A stretch of DNA of 64,000 nucleotides from an uncultured Actinomycetes bacterium (lineage in GTDB: Bacteria > Actinomycetota > Thermoleophilia > Gaiellales > Gaiellaceae): assembly GCA_963779895.1 (NCBI GenBank), contig CAWAAD010000004.1, forward strand, positions 201,543-265,542. Direction: 5' to 3'. Shown here in pieces: positions 1-11,963 of the stretch. A program made the translations under genes and the position numbers. Within the stretch, counting starts at the first letter, position 1, and each line of letters opens with the position of its first letter. The notes under the pieces are model-generated. The model made no database searches. It was not told the DNA's origin and saw only the letters and a list, made by a program, of their open reading frames with translations.

Positions 1-489
1 CATCAGAAGACCTGTAGAGACCAGCAGGCCGAGCGCCGCCCCGCCGAGGATGTCGAGCGGCCAGTGGACGCCCACGTAGACGCGCGAGCAGGCGATCGCG
101 GCGGCGAGCACGAACGCGGGGACGGCCAGCCGCGGCGCCGCCCACGCGAGCGCCCCGGCGCACGCGAATGCCACCGACGAATGGCCTGAGGGGAACGAGC
201 CGGAGTGCGGGACGTGGACGAGCGGTTTCGGTTCCGGGTAGACGAGCGGCGGGCGCCTGCGGTCGATCCAGTCGCGCAGCCCGAACGAGAGCAGCTCCGC
301 AGCGGCGTCGGCCAGTAGGAGGGGCACGAGCAGGAACGGTCGGCGCCAGAGGACGGCCAGGAAGAGTCCGGCCACGACGAAGACGAGCCCGTCGGTTCCG
401 ATCCAGGAAAGGCCGACGAAGAGCCAGTCGAGCCAACCGGCGCGATGGTGGACGACCCAGCGCTCGAGGTGCCGGTCGAGACGGATCAG
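1..489 (-). CDS. PAP2-family membrane phosphatase, partial (C-terminus cut by window edge)
   Basis: Minus-strand translation from nt 1 reads ...SGSFPSGHSSVAFACAG...ACSRVYVGVHWPLDILGGAALGLLV... These are the PAP2 motifs (SGH and SRxxxxxHxxxD) in a hydrophobic context. It is absent from the ORF track because there is no stop inside the window. The start codon is unresolved; the frame is open to ~489. Confidence 0.7.
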   Translation of the reverse strand, partial: MIRLDRHLERWVVHHRAGWLDWLFVGLSWIGTDGLVFVVAGLFLAVLWRRPFLLVPLLLADAAAELLSFGLRDWIDRRRPPLVYPEPKPLVHVPHSGSFPSGHSSVAFACAGALAWAAPRLAVPAFVLAAAIACSRVYVGVHWPLDILGGAALGLLVSTGLLM

Positions 490-1064
490 GTGGGAAGCAG
501 CTGCTTGGTCTGTTCGATCAGCTGCTGCGGGTTGAACGGCTTCCCGATGAAACCCTGCGCACCCCGGGACGTGGCCTCGGGCTCGGAGGGCTCCTCGACC
601 TTGCCGCTGAACATGATCACCGGGATCGCCCCGACGCCGTGGCGCTCCTGTACGCGGCGGAGCATCTCCCAGCCGTCGACCTCGGGCATCATCACGTCGA
701 GCAGCACGAGGTCGGGCGTGGATTCCTCGAGCACCCTCAGCCCCTCCTCGGCGTTGCCCGCCTCGCGCACCGAGTAGCCCTCCATCTCCAGGTTGACGCG
801 CACGTACTCACGCAAGCGGCGTCGTCGTCGACGATGAGGACATCGGGCCGGCGCCGGGTGCGCTGCTCGGCCCCGAGCGCTCGAGGAACGAGTCGAGGTC
901 GGCGCGACTGGTAGCGGCGGTGCCCGCCGGGCGTATAGAAGGCCGGCACCGGCCCTGATCGGACCATTTCCGGATCGTGCTCTGGGCGACGCCGAGATAC
1001 TTCGCGGCCTGACCCAGGGTCAGCCAGTCGGGCTCGCCGGTGGGAGCGAGGCGGTGGGAGACGT
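486..1064 (-). CDS. Response regulator: excisionase/MerR-like HTH fused to a CheY-like receiver (frame-disrupted in this sequence)
   Basis: Fragments in three frames tile one protein. The HTH is DWLTLGQAAKYLGVAQSTIRKWSDQGR, PAFYTPGGHRRY and ADLDSFLERS. The receiver is PDVLIVDDD, LVLLDVMMPEVDGWEML, PVIMFSGK and GFIGKPF (ORFs 737-967 and 486-815). There are at least 3 frame switches between ~815 and ~1000. The start is uncertain. Confidence 0.75.
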
Positions 1065-1128
1065 CATTCCGCGGCAGTGTCAGCCGGAGAATCTACCCAA
1101 AGCTCCGCTTTCCTAATCGATAAGTGCG

Positions 1129-1332
1129 TCAGGGCGCGGTCACCGTCACGGTCGCCGACTCGGGCGCGAGCGTGAGGCGCCGGTCCGGCCTGTGAGCGTG
1201 CCGCCCGGCGGGGGTTGTCGTGGAGCGCTTCCCGAGCGCGATGCCGATCGCGAAGACGAACACGAGCACGAGCCCGACGATGATGCGCCGCGGCGCACGC
1301 CTCTCCCTGCGCCGGCGGCGGGGAGCGCTCAT
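1129..1332 (-). CDS. Small membrane-anchored hypothetical protein
   Basis: A 67-aa ORF with an Arg-rich N-terminus followed by one clear TM helix (IIVGLVLVFVFAIGIALG). I recognise no family. Confidence 0.35.
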   Translation of the reverse strand: MSAPRRRRRERRAPRRIIVGLVLVFVFAIGIALGKRSTTTPAGRHAHRPDRRLTLAPESATVTVTAP

Positions 1333-1465
1333 AGGCCGTCCTTCGGCCTATGAGCGTGTGCAGGGGGCGGCGGGAACCGGAGGTTCTCCCACACCGGACT
1401 GTAAGAGGGGGCTCGTGGGGGAAACATGGTTTCCCCCACGGGAGCGAGCGGGAGGCGAGCGACAC

Positions 1466-1777
1466 TCACGGGCGGTAGTCGACGGCGCCGCGCGAGTATC
1501 AGGTGGAACGCCGCATCCTGGACGATCGTCATCTGCGCGGGCCAGCCGGGCCGGGCCTCGCGCTCGGCCAGCGCCTCACTGGACCCAGCGGTCGGCCTGG
1601 CCGTACGCCACGGCGAGCTCTTCGAGCGTGAACGTCTGGCCGATCCGGCGGCGGAGGCCGTCGAGCACGACGTCGAGCTCGTCGAGCAGGAGCGATAGCG
1701 GCGGCGGTCGCCCGCGGCTGCCTCGAGCCGTCGGTGACGGCTTCCTCCCACTCCTGCCGGGTCGCCTCGAGGGCCAT
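1466..1777 (-). CDS. Conserved-looking hypothetical protein (frame-disrupted)
   Basis: Frames tile MALEATRQEWEEAV..., ...LLDELDVVLDGLRRRIGQTFTLEELAVAYGQADRW... and ...WPAQMTIVQDAAFHL.YSRGAVDYRP-stop (TGA at 1466-1468). Function unknown. Confidence 0.35.
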
Positions 1778-1786
1778 CGGCCATGG

Positions 1787-2296
1787 TCACGATGCTAGTC
1801 GCGTGCTCAGCTCGACATGCCAGCGCTCGGCCAGAGCGGCTCGACTTCGGCCAGGATCTCGCTCCCCGAGCGAGGTAGCCGGGACGGGCGAGCGCGAAGG
1901 CGGCATGAGCGTGCAGGCACTTCAGGCGGGCCGGCCGGCGCGGGCCTCCGATCGCCGAGCTCCAGGGAAGCGCCCCTCGGGTCCGAGGCGCCGCCGCTCC
2001 GTCGCGCACGGCGCGCTGCTCGCCGTCTCCCGCTCGAGACTCGCGCCGAGCCGCGGCTCGACAGCGACGCCGCGCTCCAGCGCTCGACCCCGCCGGCGGC
2101 CTCGAGCCGCGCGATCGCCGGCGACGAGCATGGGGACAGGTGAGGCAGTAGGTCGTCGGAAACGGCTCGCCGCGGTGCGTCGTACGGCGCCTGCTCGGTG
2201 ACGGCCGGGCGCCCGAACGGGCAGCGAACGCGCGACGCGCCGGAAGGCTCGCGGCGGCCGGCCGAGCTGCCGCTCGACGATCGCCCGGTCGTCCAC
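1787..2296 (-). CDS. DUF501-family protein (frame-disrupted)
   Basis: VDDRAIVERQLGRPPRAF..., GEPFPTTYCLTCPH and LKCLHAHAAFALARPGY are DUF501 hallmarks. It sits in the classical eno-ftsB-DUF501 position. The GTG start overlaps the ftsB stop. The 3' end is ambiguous between 1787 and 1807. Confidence 0.7.
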
Positions 2297-2636
2297 TAGC
2301 GCGGCGAACGCAGCGCCCGGTACCGGGATCGCGTCCAGGCGTCGATTCCCTTGACGATGAAGAGCTGCTCGCCCGGGCTGCACGAGACCGAGCCGGCGCG
2401 CTTCGCGCTCGAGCGCCTCGGGCGTGCTCGCGGGGGCCAGCGTTGTGCTGGAGCTCGCGCTTCTCCGCGTCGAGCGTGTGCACCTCCGCCGTCCGGTCGC
2501 CAGCGTCGGCTTCGCGTCTCAGGTAGCTGCGCAGCGGACGTGCGTAGAGCAGGCAAACGAGCAGGATCGCGCCGACCGCGAGCCAGCGCCTGAAGATCTT
2601 CGACTTGCGGGCCGTCGCCGAGCCACGCGGGCGCAT
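2296..2636 (-). CDS. ftsB: Septum formation initiator FtsB/DivIC family (frame-disrupted)
   Basis: The N-terminus has a TM (RRWLAVGAILLVCLLYA) followed by a coiled coil (ORF 1329-2636 start). The C-terminus ...PGEQLFIVKGIDAW... is in ORF 2296-2556. It lies immediately downstream of eno/pyk, as in actinobacteria. Confidence 0.7.
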
Positions 2637-2672
2637 TCGCCGTCCGCGACGGGGCTCCTCTCGGTCAGGCCG

Positions 2673-4090
2673 CTAGGCAACCTTGATCAGTTCGTCGAGC
2701 CGGGGATGTTGACCGCCGTTCCGCCGGTGATCACGACGCGGTCGCCGGCGTCGACGAGGCCGCTCTCGCGCGCCGCCGCGAGCGACGGCGCCAGAGATCC
2801 TCGATGTCGCTGCACTCCGGGATCAGAACCGGCGTGACGCCCCACTCGAGCGCCATCTGCTGCAGCGAGTAGTCGGTGGTGCGTGAGCCCGAGGATCGGC
2901 CGCCGCGGACGCAGGCGCGCGACCGCCGAGGCGGTTCGGCCGGTGTAGGTCGGGACGAGGATCGCCTGTGCGCCGAGCGCCTCGGCCAGGTCGCAGGCGG
3001 CGTTCGACATCGCCTCGCCGACCGTCGGCTCCTCGCTCGCCTCGGGGAGCTGGTGCCGGTAGCCGAGGCTCGGCTCGACCGCCGCGGCGATCCGGGCCAT
3101 GTACTCGACCGACTCGAGCGGGTAGTCGCCCGATCGCCGTCTCGCCGGAGAGCATCAGCGCAGAGCTGCCGTCGAGGATCGCATTCGCGACGTCGCTCGC
3201 CTCCGCGCGCGTCGGCTCGGCGTGGTGGACCATCGACTCGAGCATCTGGGTCGCCGTGATCACGGGCTTCCCGCGATCGAGGGCGGCGACGATGATCCGC
3301 TTCTGGATGAGCGGCACCATCGCGACGCCGATCTCGACGCCGAGGTCGCCGCGCGCGACCATCAGGGCGTCCGCCTCGCGCGAGAACGGCGTCGAGCGCG
3401 GCCGACCGCCTCGGCCTTCTCGATCTTCGCGATCACGTGCGCGTGCGAGCCGGCCTGCTCGAGGAGGGCGCGCAGGTCGCGAACGTCGGCGGCGGAGCGG
3501 ACGAACGAGAGCGCGACGAAGTCGACGCCGATCTCGAGCGCGAGCTCGAGGTCGTCCATGTCCTTGCGCGTCAGCGACGGGATCGGAATCGGCACGCCCG
3601 GCAGATTGACCCCTTTGTTGGCGCTGACCACGCCTCCGGCGACGACGGCGCACCGGGCACGGCCGGCTTCGACGCGCTCGACGCGCAGCCGGACGAGCCC
3701 GTCGTCGATGAGGACGTCGTGGCCGGGCTGGAGCACCTCGCCGATCACCGCCGGGCTCACGGGCAGATCCCCGTCCATCGACCGCTCGCCGCCGGCGACG
3801 ACCACGTCCTCTCCGCGCTGGAGCGTCACCGGCTGCTCGAGCTCGCCGATCCGGAGCTTCGGGCCCTGGAGGTCGGCGATCAGCGCGATCGGCCGGCCGA
3901 GCTCGGCCTCGGTTGCCCGCACGAGCCGGGCGCGGTCGCGATGCTCGTCGTGCGTACCGTGGGAGAGGTTCAGCCGCGCGCCGTCGACTCCGGCGCGCAC
4001 CAGCTCGGCCACCATCTCCGGGGTCGAGGACGCTGGGCCGATCGTTGCGACGATCTTCGTGCGTCTCGGTCTGGGAGTGGCTGCCGCCAC
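2673..4090 (-). CDS. pyk: Pyruvate kinase (frame-disrupted, at least 4 frame switches)
   Basis: [26 protein letters not shown] (ORF 3362-4090). [12 protein letters not shown]...ATQMLESM...LSGETA (frame of 2823-5009). [11 protein letters not shown] (ORF 2687-3100). [18 protein letters not shown] (third frame). The tail is [12 protein letters not shown](LIKVA). Confidence 0.95.
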
Positions 4091-4138
4091 GCCCTGAGAC
4101 TAGCGAGCGAGACCGCCGGTGGCCGAGCCGAAGAGCCG

Positions 4139-6204
<2,066 letters not shown>

Positions 6205-6207
6205 GTC

Positions 6208-7299
6208 CTAGGGGGTGGTGGTGGCGGCGGTCGTCGTCGACTGCTGCTTGCAGGGATCCTGGCCGGGCGGCGGCGCGTAGCCGGCCTGGTAGGCGATCGT
6301 CTTGCAGTAGCGCTTCGTCAACCCCTTCTCCCAGTCCTGGACGGCCTTCGAGCGCCGATCTTGCAGGATCGTCTGCCGGATCGCCTCCTTGACCTGAGAA
6401 AGCGGGGTCGGCTTTGCGGGCGTCGCCGGCTTCACGGGGCCGGTGGCCTCGATGATGTGCCAGCCGAACTTCGAGTGCACGGGCTTCGAGATCTCGTGGG
6501 TCTTGAGCGAGAACGCGACCTGCTCGAACGGCTTCACGAAGCCGCGCCCCTTGACGTCTCCTCCGGGGATGATGCCGCCGTTCTTCGCAGAGCTCGTGTC
6601 GGTCGAGTACTTGCGGGCGAGCTTGCCGAAGAGCTTCGGGCTCGCCTTGAGCTGCGCGTAGAGCCGGTCCGCCAGACTCCTCTTCTTGACGAGGATGTGC
6701 GCCACGGGCCTGCTCTCTGGCTGGGCGGGAGTCTCGTACTGCGACTTGTGCTTGTCGTAGTAGTCGCTGATCTCCTTGTCGGAGACCTTCAGGTCGCCCG
6801 AGACCTTCGCCTGGACCCGCTCGCGAACGAGGGTCAGCCTGATGCCCTTCTTGACCTCCTCGTCGGTGAAGCCCTGCTGCTTGAGCGCGGCCCGGTAGGC
6901 CTTGTCGACCTGCTTCTTCGACTTCGGCGGCTGCCCCGGCTGGCTGCCGTAGTACTGCTGCTTGATCTGATCGAGTCGGTCGGCGACGTCCTTGTCCGTG
7001 ACCTTGACGTCGAGCTTCTCGGCCTCCTGCTCGTACTCCGCCGCCGAGACCAGGAATTGCGTGACGTTGGCGCGGAGATTGGCGAGCTCCACCGAGCCGG
7101 CCTTCGGGAACGTGTGATTCGTCGCCTTGTAGTTCTGCTTGGTCTGGTCGAGCAGGGCCTGCCAGTCGGCCTTCGAGACGGTCTTGTCGCCGACGACCGC
7201 GACAGCGTCGCTCGGAACGTTGCGCGCGCCGCCACCGCTGCACGCGGAGACCGCGAGCAGAAGGGCGATACCGAAGAGAACTTGGCTGACCCGTCTCAT
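6208..7299 (-). CDS. Parvulin-type peptidyl-prolyl isomerase lipoprotein (PrsA/SurA-like)
   Basis: Intact ORF 6208-7332. It has a lipoprotein signal MRRVSQVLFGIALLLAVSAC (the Met at 7299 is preferred over 7332) and the PpiC domain ...HILVKK...FGWHII. Confidence 0.85.
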   Translation of the reverse strand: MRRVSQVLFGIALLLAVSACSGGGARNVPSDAVAVVGDKTVSKADWQALLDQTKQNYKATNHTFPKAGSVELANLRANVTQFLVSAAEYEQEAEKLDVKVTDKDVADRLDQIKQQYYGSQPGQPPKSKKQVDKAYRAALKQQGFTDEEVKKGIRLTLVRERVQAKVSGDLKVSDKEISDYYDKHKSQYETPAQPESRPVAHILVKKRSLADRLYAQLKASPKLFGKLARKYSTDTSSAKNGGIIPGGDVKGRGFVKPFEQVAFSLKTHEISKPVHSKFGWHIIEATGPVKPATPAKPTPLSQVKEAIRQTILQDRRSKAVQDWEKGLTKRYCKTIAYQAGYAPPPGQDPCKQQSTTTAATTTP

Positions 7300-7328
7300 G
7301 CAAAAAGCGCCGAGAGCAGCGGTTTCGC

Positions 7329-10300
7329 TCATGCTGCTTGGCGCGCGTCGATTATAGCATCGACCAGGCGAATCGCTCTGCCGAAGTCCTCTTCCCGAAC
7401 CGAGACCTCCCTCCTGGCGGTTGTGTAGACGGCGGTCGAGACGCCGCGACGGAGCGCGCGCAGCTCCGCGGAGCCGAGCTCGAGCGGGCCGACCGTCGCC
7501 TTGCCGCCCTTGAAGACGAGGTAGTCCGCGCCGAGCAGGGCGAGCTTCACCTTGGCCTCCTGAATCGCGAACAGGTTCTCGACGGGCTCGGGCAGCGGGC
7601 CGTAGCGATCCTCGGTTGCCGCGCGCAGCTCCCTGAGCTCGTCGTCCGTTTCCGCCAGGGCCAGCCGGCGGTGCAGGTCGATCTTCAGCGCCTCGGCCTC
7701 GATGAAGCCGGCGGGCACGTAGGCGTCCACGCGCGCGTCGACCCGCACCGGGCGCGGCACGACCCGCCGTTCCCCGGCGAGCTCTGCGACCGCCTCGCCG
7801 AGCAGCTCGACGTAGAGCTCGAACCCGAGCGCCGCCACGTGCCCGTGCTGCTCGGCCCCGAGCAGGTCGCCCGCGCCGCGGATCTCCAGGTCCCGCATCG
7901 CGATCGCGAACCCGGCGCCGAGCTCGGTGTGGTCGGCGAGCGTCGCCAGGCGGGCCCGCGCCTCGGCGGTCAGCTCCCTCGAGTCGGGGTAGAAGAGGTA
8001 GGCGTGCGCGAGCACGTCCGAGCGGCCGACCCGGCCTCGGATCTGGTAGAGCTGGGCCAGGCCGAGCGCGTCGGCCCGCTCCACGACCAGCGTGTTCGCC
8101 TGCGGGATGTCGAGCCCGGACTCGATGATCGTCGTCGAGACGAGCACGTCCGCGTCGCCTCGCAGGAACGCGTGCATCTTCTCCTCCAGCTCCCGCTCCC
8201 GCATCTGGCCGTGCGCGACGGTCACGCGCAGCTGCGGGCAGAGCTGCTGGATCTTGGCTGCGGCCTCCTCGATCGACTCGACCCGGTTGTGGAGGTAGAA
8301 GCTCTGGCCGCCGCGTGCGGTCTCCCGGGTCAGGGCGAGCCTGACTAGGTCCTCGTCGTACTCGCCCACGTAGGTGCGGATCGGGCGGCGCCCCTCCGGC
8401 GGCGTCTCGATCACCGAGATGTCGCGCAGTCCCGAGAGCGACATGTGCAGCGTTCGAGGAATCGGGGTCGCGCTCAGCGCGAGGACGTCGACCTCGAGGC
8501 GGAGCGCTCGGAGCAGCTCCTTCTGCGCCACGCCGAACCGCTGCTCCTCGTCCACGATCACCAAGCCCAGCTCTTTCGGGATCACGTCGCGGCTCAGGAC
8601 GCGGTGCGTTCCGATCAGGACGTCGACCTTTCCGTCGGCGAAGTCCCGCAGCACGCGCTTCTGCTCAGCCGGGCGGCGGAAGCGGGAGATCATCTCGACG
8701 CGGACGGGGAAATCGCGGTAGCGCTCGCGGAACGTGTTCCAGTGCTGCTCGGCGAGGACGGTCGTGGGGACGAGCATCAGCGCCTGCTTGCCGTTCAGGA
8801 CGACCGCGAAGGCTGCGCGGACCGCGACCTCGGTCTTGCCGAAGCCGACGTCCCCGCAGACGAGCCGGTCCATCGGGCGCGGCGCCTCGAGATCCTCCTT
8901 GACCGCCTCGATCGCGGAGCGCTGGTCGTCGGTCTCGCGGTACGGGAACTCGGCTTCGAGACGCTCGAGCCAGTCCGCGGAGAGGTCGAACGCGAGGCCT
9001 TCGGCCTGCTGGCGGCGGGCGTAGAGCGCGAGCAGGTCGCCCGCGAGCTCGCGCACGCTCGTCCGAGCCCGCGCCTTCAGGTTCTGCCACGCCTTGCCGC
9101 CGAGCTTGCTCAGAGCCGGCGAGCCTGCGTCCGCGCCGATGTACCTCGAGACCTTGCCGATCTGCTCGTGCGGGACGTACAGCCGGTCGTCGCCCCGGAA
9201 GCCGAGGAACAGGTAGTCGCGCGTCACCCCGGCGACCGTCTTCGTCTCGAACCCGAGCAGCTTCCCGATCCCGTGGTCCTCGTGGACCACGTAGTCGCCG
9301 GTGCCGAGGTCGGCGAAGGACTGGAGCGCGCGGCCGGGCGCCGAGACCCGGGTGCGCGTGCGCTCGGCGGAAGACCTGCGTGTCCGGAAGGAGCGCGAGA
9401 CCCAGGTCGCGCCAGACGAAGCCGCGCCGTGCGGGCGAGACGGCGAACAGAAGCTCGGGCTCGTCCGGGAGCGGCTCGCCCTCGTCGAGCAGCCGCGCCT
9501 CGACGCGACGGAGGAGGTTCTGCGTCCGCAGGGCCTCGCCGCGGTGGGGGAACGCGACGACGACGCGGTTGCCCGCGCGCAGGAGGCCGGCGAGCTCGGT
9601 CTCGGCCTCGGCCAACCCGCGGGCGGCGAGCGCCGGCCGCTGGGCCTCGAAGGCGTGGACTGCCCGCTCGGCAACGGCTCCAGCTCCGCCACACCCTCGA
9701 GTGACAGGCTTTTGCGAAGCTCGACGGCGCCTTCAGGCTCTTCTTCCTCCCAGACGGCGCGGACCTCGTCGGGCTGCCAGACGAGGTCGGGTGGCCGCTC
9801 CAGCGGCGGGACGAGGTCGGCCGGGACCGCGGCGGCCTCGTCGTCGTCCGGAAGCGACGGCTCGACGAGATCGAGACGGCGCTCGGTCGCCGGATAGACG
9901 ACAGCGCGCTCGACGTCGGGTGGAGCGTCCGCTGCGTGAAGGGCGAGAAGGCTCGAAGGGCCTCGACCTCGTCGCCGAAGAGCTCGACTCGGAGCGGGTC
10001 GCGCCCGGTCGTCGGGAAGACGTCCACGAGACCGCCGCGCACGGCGAACTGGCCACGCTCCTGGACGCGGTCGACGCGTTCGTAGCCGGCGAGCGCGAGA
10101 CCGCTCGGCCAGCGCGTCGAGCCCGGGCGAAGCGTTGCGGTCGAGCGCGAGCGGATCGGGCCTCGCCTCCGGCGGCGGGAGCGGCTCGGCACAGCGCGGT
10201 CGCAGAGGCGCAGACGAGCCCGCCCGCGGCGAGGACGTCGAGCGCGCGGGCTCGTTCGCCGACGAGGTGCGGCGGCGGCTCGAGGCCCGAGCCCGAGCCG

Positions 10301-10572
10301 GACGCCGCGGCTCGGCAGCAGCGCGACGCGTTCTTCCCCGAGCAGCCAGCGCGCGGCCTCGGCCACGTCGCGGGCGTCCGCGTCGTCGGGCAGCAGCACG
10401 ACGAGCGGGCGCCCGAGGTGCTCGTGCAGCGCCGCGAGCACAGCGGCAGAGCCGGCTCGGAGACGCGCGCGCGCGCCGGCAGCGCCTCTGCGAAGGCCGC
10501 CAGGCGCTCGTCGGCGAGCGAGCTCCGCGACGAGCGGGTGGAGAACGGGACGTGTGGTCTCGGTCGGTCCAT
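7329..10572 (-). CDS. mfd: Transcription-repair coupling factor Mfd (frame-disrupted many times)
   Basis: The C-terminal two thirds are intact in ORF 7329-9692: CGDVGFGKTEVA, DEEQRFGV, helicase motifs and the TRCF C-terminal domain. The N-terminal UvrB-like part is tiled over ORFs 8665-9615, 9224-10441 and 9733-10737 (LLPDDADARDVAE, FAVRGGLVDVFP, RVELFGDEVE). Confidence 0.95.
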
Positions 10573-10619
10573 GACGAACGACGGAACCGCCGGTTCCGCC
10601 GCCGGCATCGTAGCTTCCG

Positions 10620-11217
10620 TCAGTTGAAGCGGGCGCTGAGTCGCTTCGAGGCCGTCGCGGACGATGTGCCTCGACTGCGTCCGCGGCGCGCGCGACGAGC
10701 CGTCGACGTCCTCATCCGGCGCGAACGGCGAGAGCACGCAGTCGGCGACCGGGCGTCGGATCGCCGCGGCCGGGCCGCCCCACTCCGATCCGCAGCCGCA
10801 GGAACTCCTGCGTGCCGAGAGCCGCGCGAGCGAGCGCAGGCCGTTGTGACCGGCGAGCCCGCCGCCGCAGCCGCGCCTGAAGCCGCCCGGGTCGAGATCG
10901 ACGTCGTCGTGGACGACCAGCAGCGCGTCCGGCTCGACCTTGAAGAAGCGCGCCGCCGCGCCCGACCGAGCGGCCCGGACTCGTTCATGTACGTCTCGGG
11001 CTTCAGCAGGGCGATCCGGCGCTCATCGAGACGGACTTCGGCGAGCGCGCCGGAGAACTTCGAGCGCCACGAGCCGTCCGTGCCGCCGCGCGAGCTCGTC
11101 GAGGACCATCCAGCCCACGTTGTGGCGGGTTCGCTCGTACTCGCGCCCGGGGTTGCCGAGGCCCGCGACGAGCAGGTCGAGCGTCGAGGCCGGCTCGCCC
11201 CGACGGAAGAGGCGCAC
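10620..11217 (-). CDS. pth: Peptidyl-tRNA hydrolase (frame-disrupted)
   Basis: [29 protein letters not shown] (tail of ORF 11023-11733). [29 protein letters not shown] and ...VLSPFAPDE... lie in other frames. The protein ends ...RFN-stop at 10620. Confidence 0.9.
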
Positions 11218-11218
11218 G

Positions 11219-11939
11219 CTAGCCTCTTCGGCCGGCTTCCGTCGGCTTCGCCCTCGGCCTCCGGCGGCGGGCCTTCGCGCCTCGCCCTCCGGGGCCTCCT
11301 CGGCCTCCGGCACCTCGCCCTCGCTCGGCCTCCTCGCCCTCCGCGACCTCTTCGGGCTCGGGCTCGACGAAGCGCGTCGGCAGGTCACGGTCGCGAGCAC
11401 GGTCTCCTCGGGGTCGTCGAGGAACGTGACCCCTTCGGCGGCCTCGAGGTCGGCGAGCCGCAGCGTGTCGCCGATAGCCATCCCGCTGACGTCGAGGTCG
11501 AGGTGCTCGGGAACCTCGAGCGGGAGCGCCTCGACGATGACCTCGCGGGTGACCTGGGAGAGCACGCCGCCCTCCTTGACGCCCCGGGCTCGCCGACGAG
11601 CTCGACGACGACCTGCGCCTGGATCGGCTGGTCGAGCCGGACCTCGTGCAGGTCGATGTGCGTCAGCGTCCCGCGGACCGGGTCCTGCTGGTAGTCCTTG
11701 AGGATCGAGGGATGCGCCCGCTGTCCCGTCCATCGACGACGTCGAGGATCGCGTGCAGACCGCCGGCGCCGCTGAGCACCCGCCGCAGCTCGCGCTCGGG
11801 CACGGCAGAACGAGTGCGGCTCTTTCCCGCGCCCGTAGAGGACGCCCGGGATGAGCCCCTGCTTGCGCAGGCGGCGCGACTCCGCGCGAGCCGCGCTGCT
11901 CCGCTCCCGCACCTCCAGCTTGACTCGTTCGCCGGCCAC
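11219..11939 (-). CDS. rplY: 50S ribosomal protein L25/general stress protein Ctc (frame-disrupted)
   Basis: [13 protein letters not shown]...[15 protein letters not shown] and [22 protein letters not shown] (ORF 11385-11939). [33 protein letters not shown] (ORF 11023-11733). It has an acidic C-terminal tail. The 3' end is inferred at the TAG ~11219. Confidence 0.88.
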
Positions 11940-11963
11940 GGCGGCCGATTCTAGCTAAGGCTC

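Noticed and set aside
168-914. A 248-aa plus-strand Arg/Gly-rich ORF at the left edge.
   Set aside because: It overlaps the PAP2 and response-regulator genes on the opposite strand and has no plausible protein composition.
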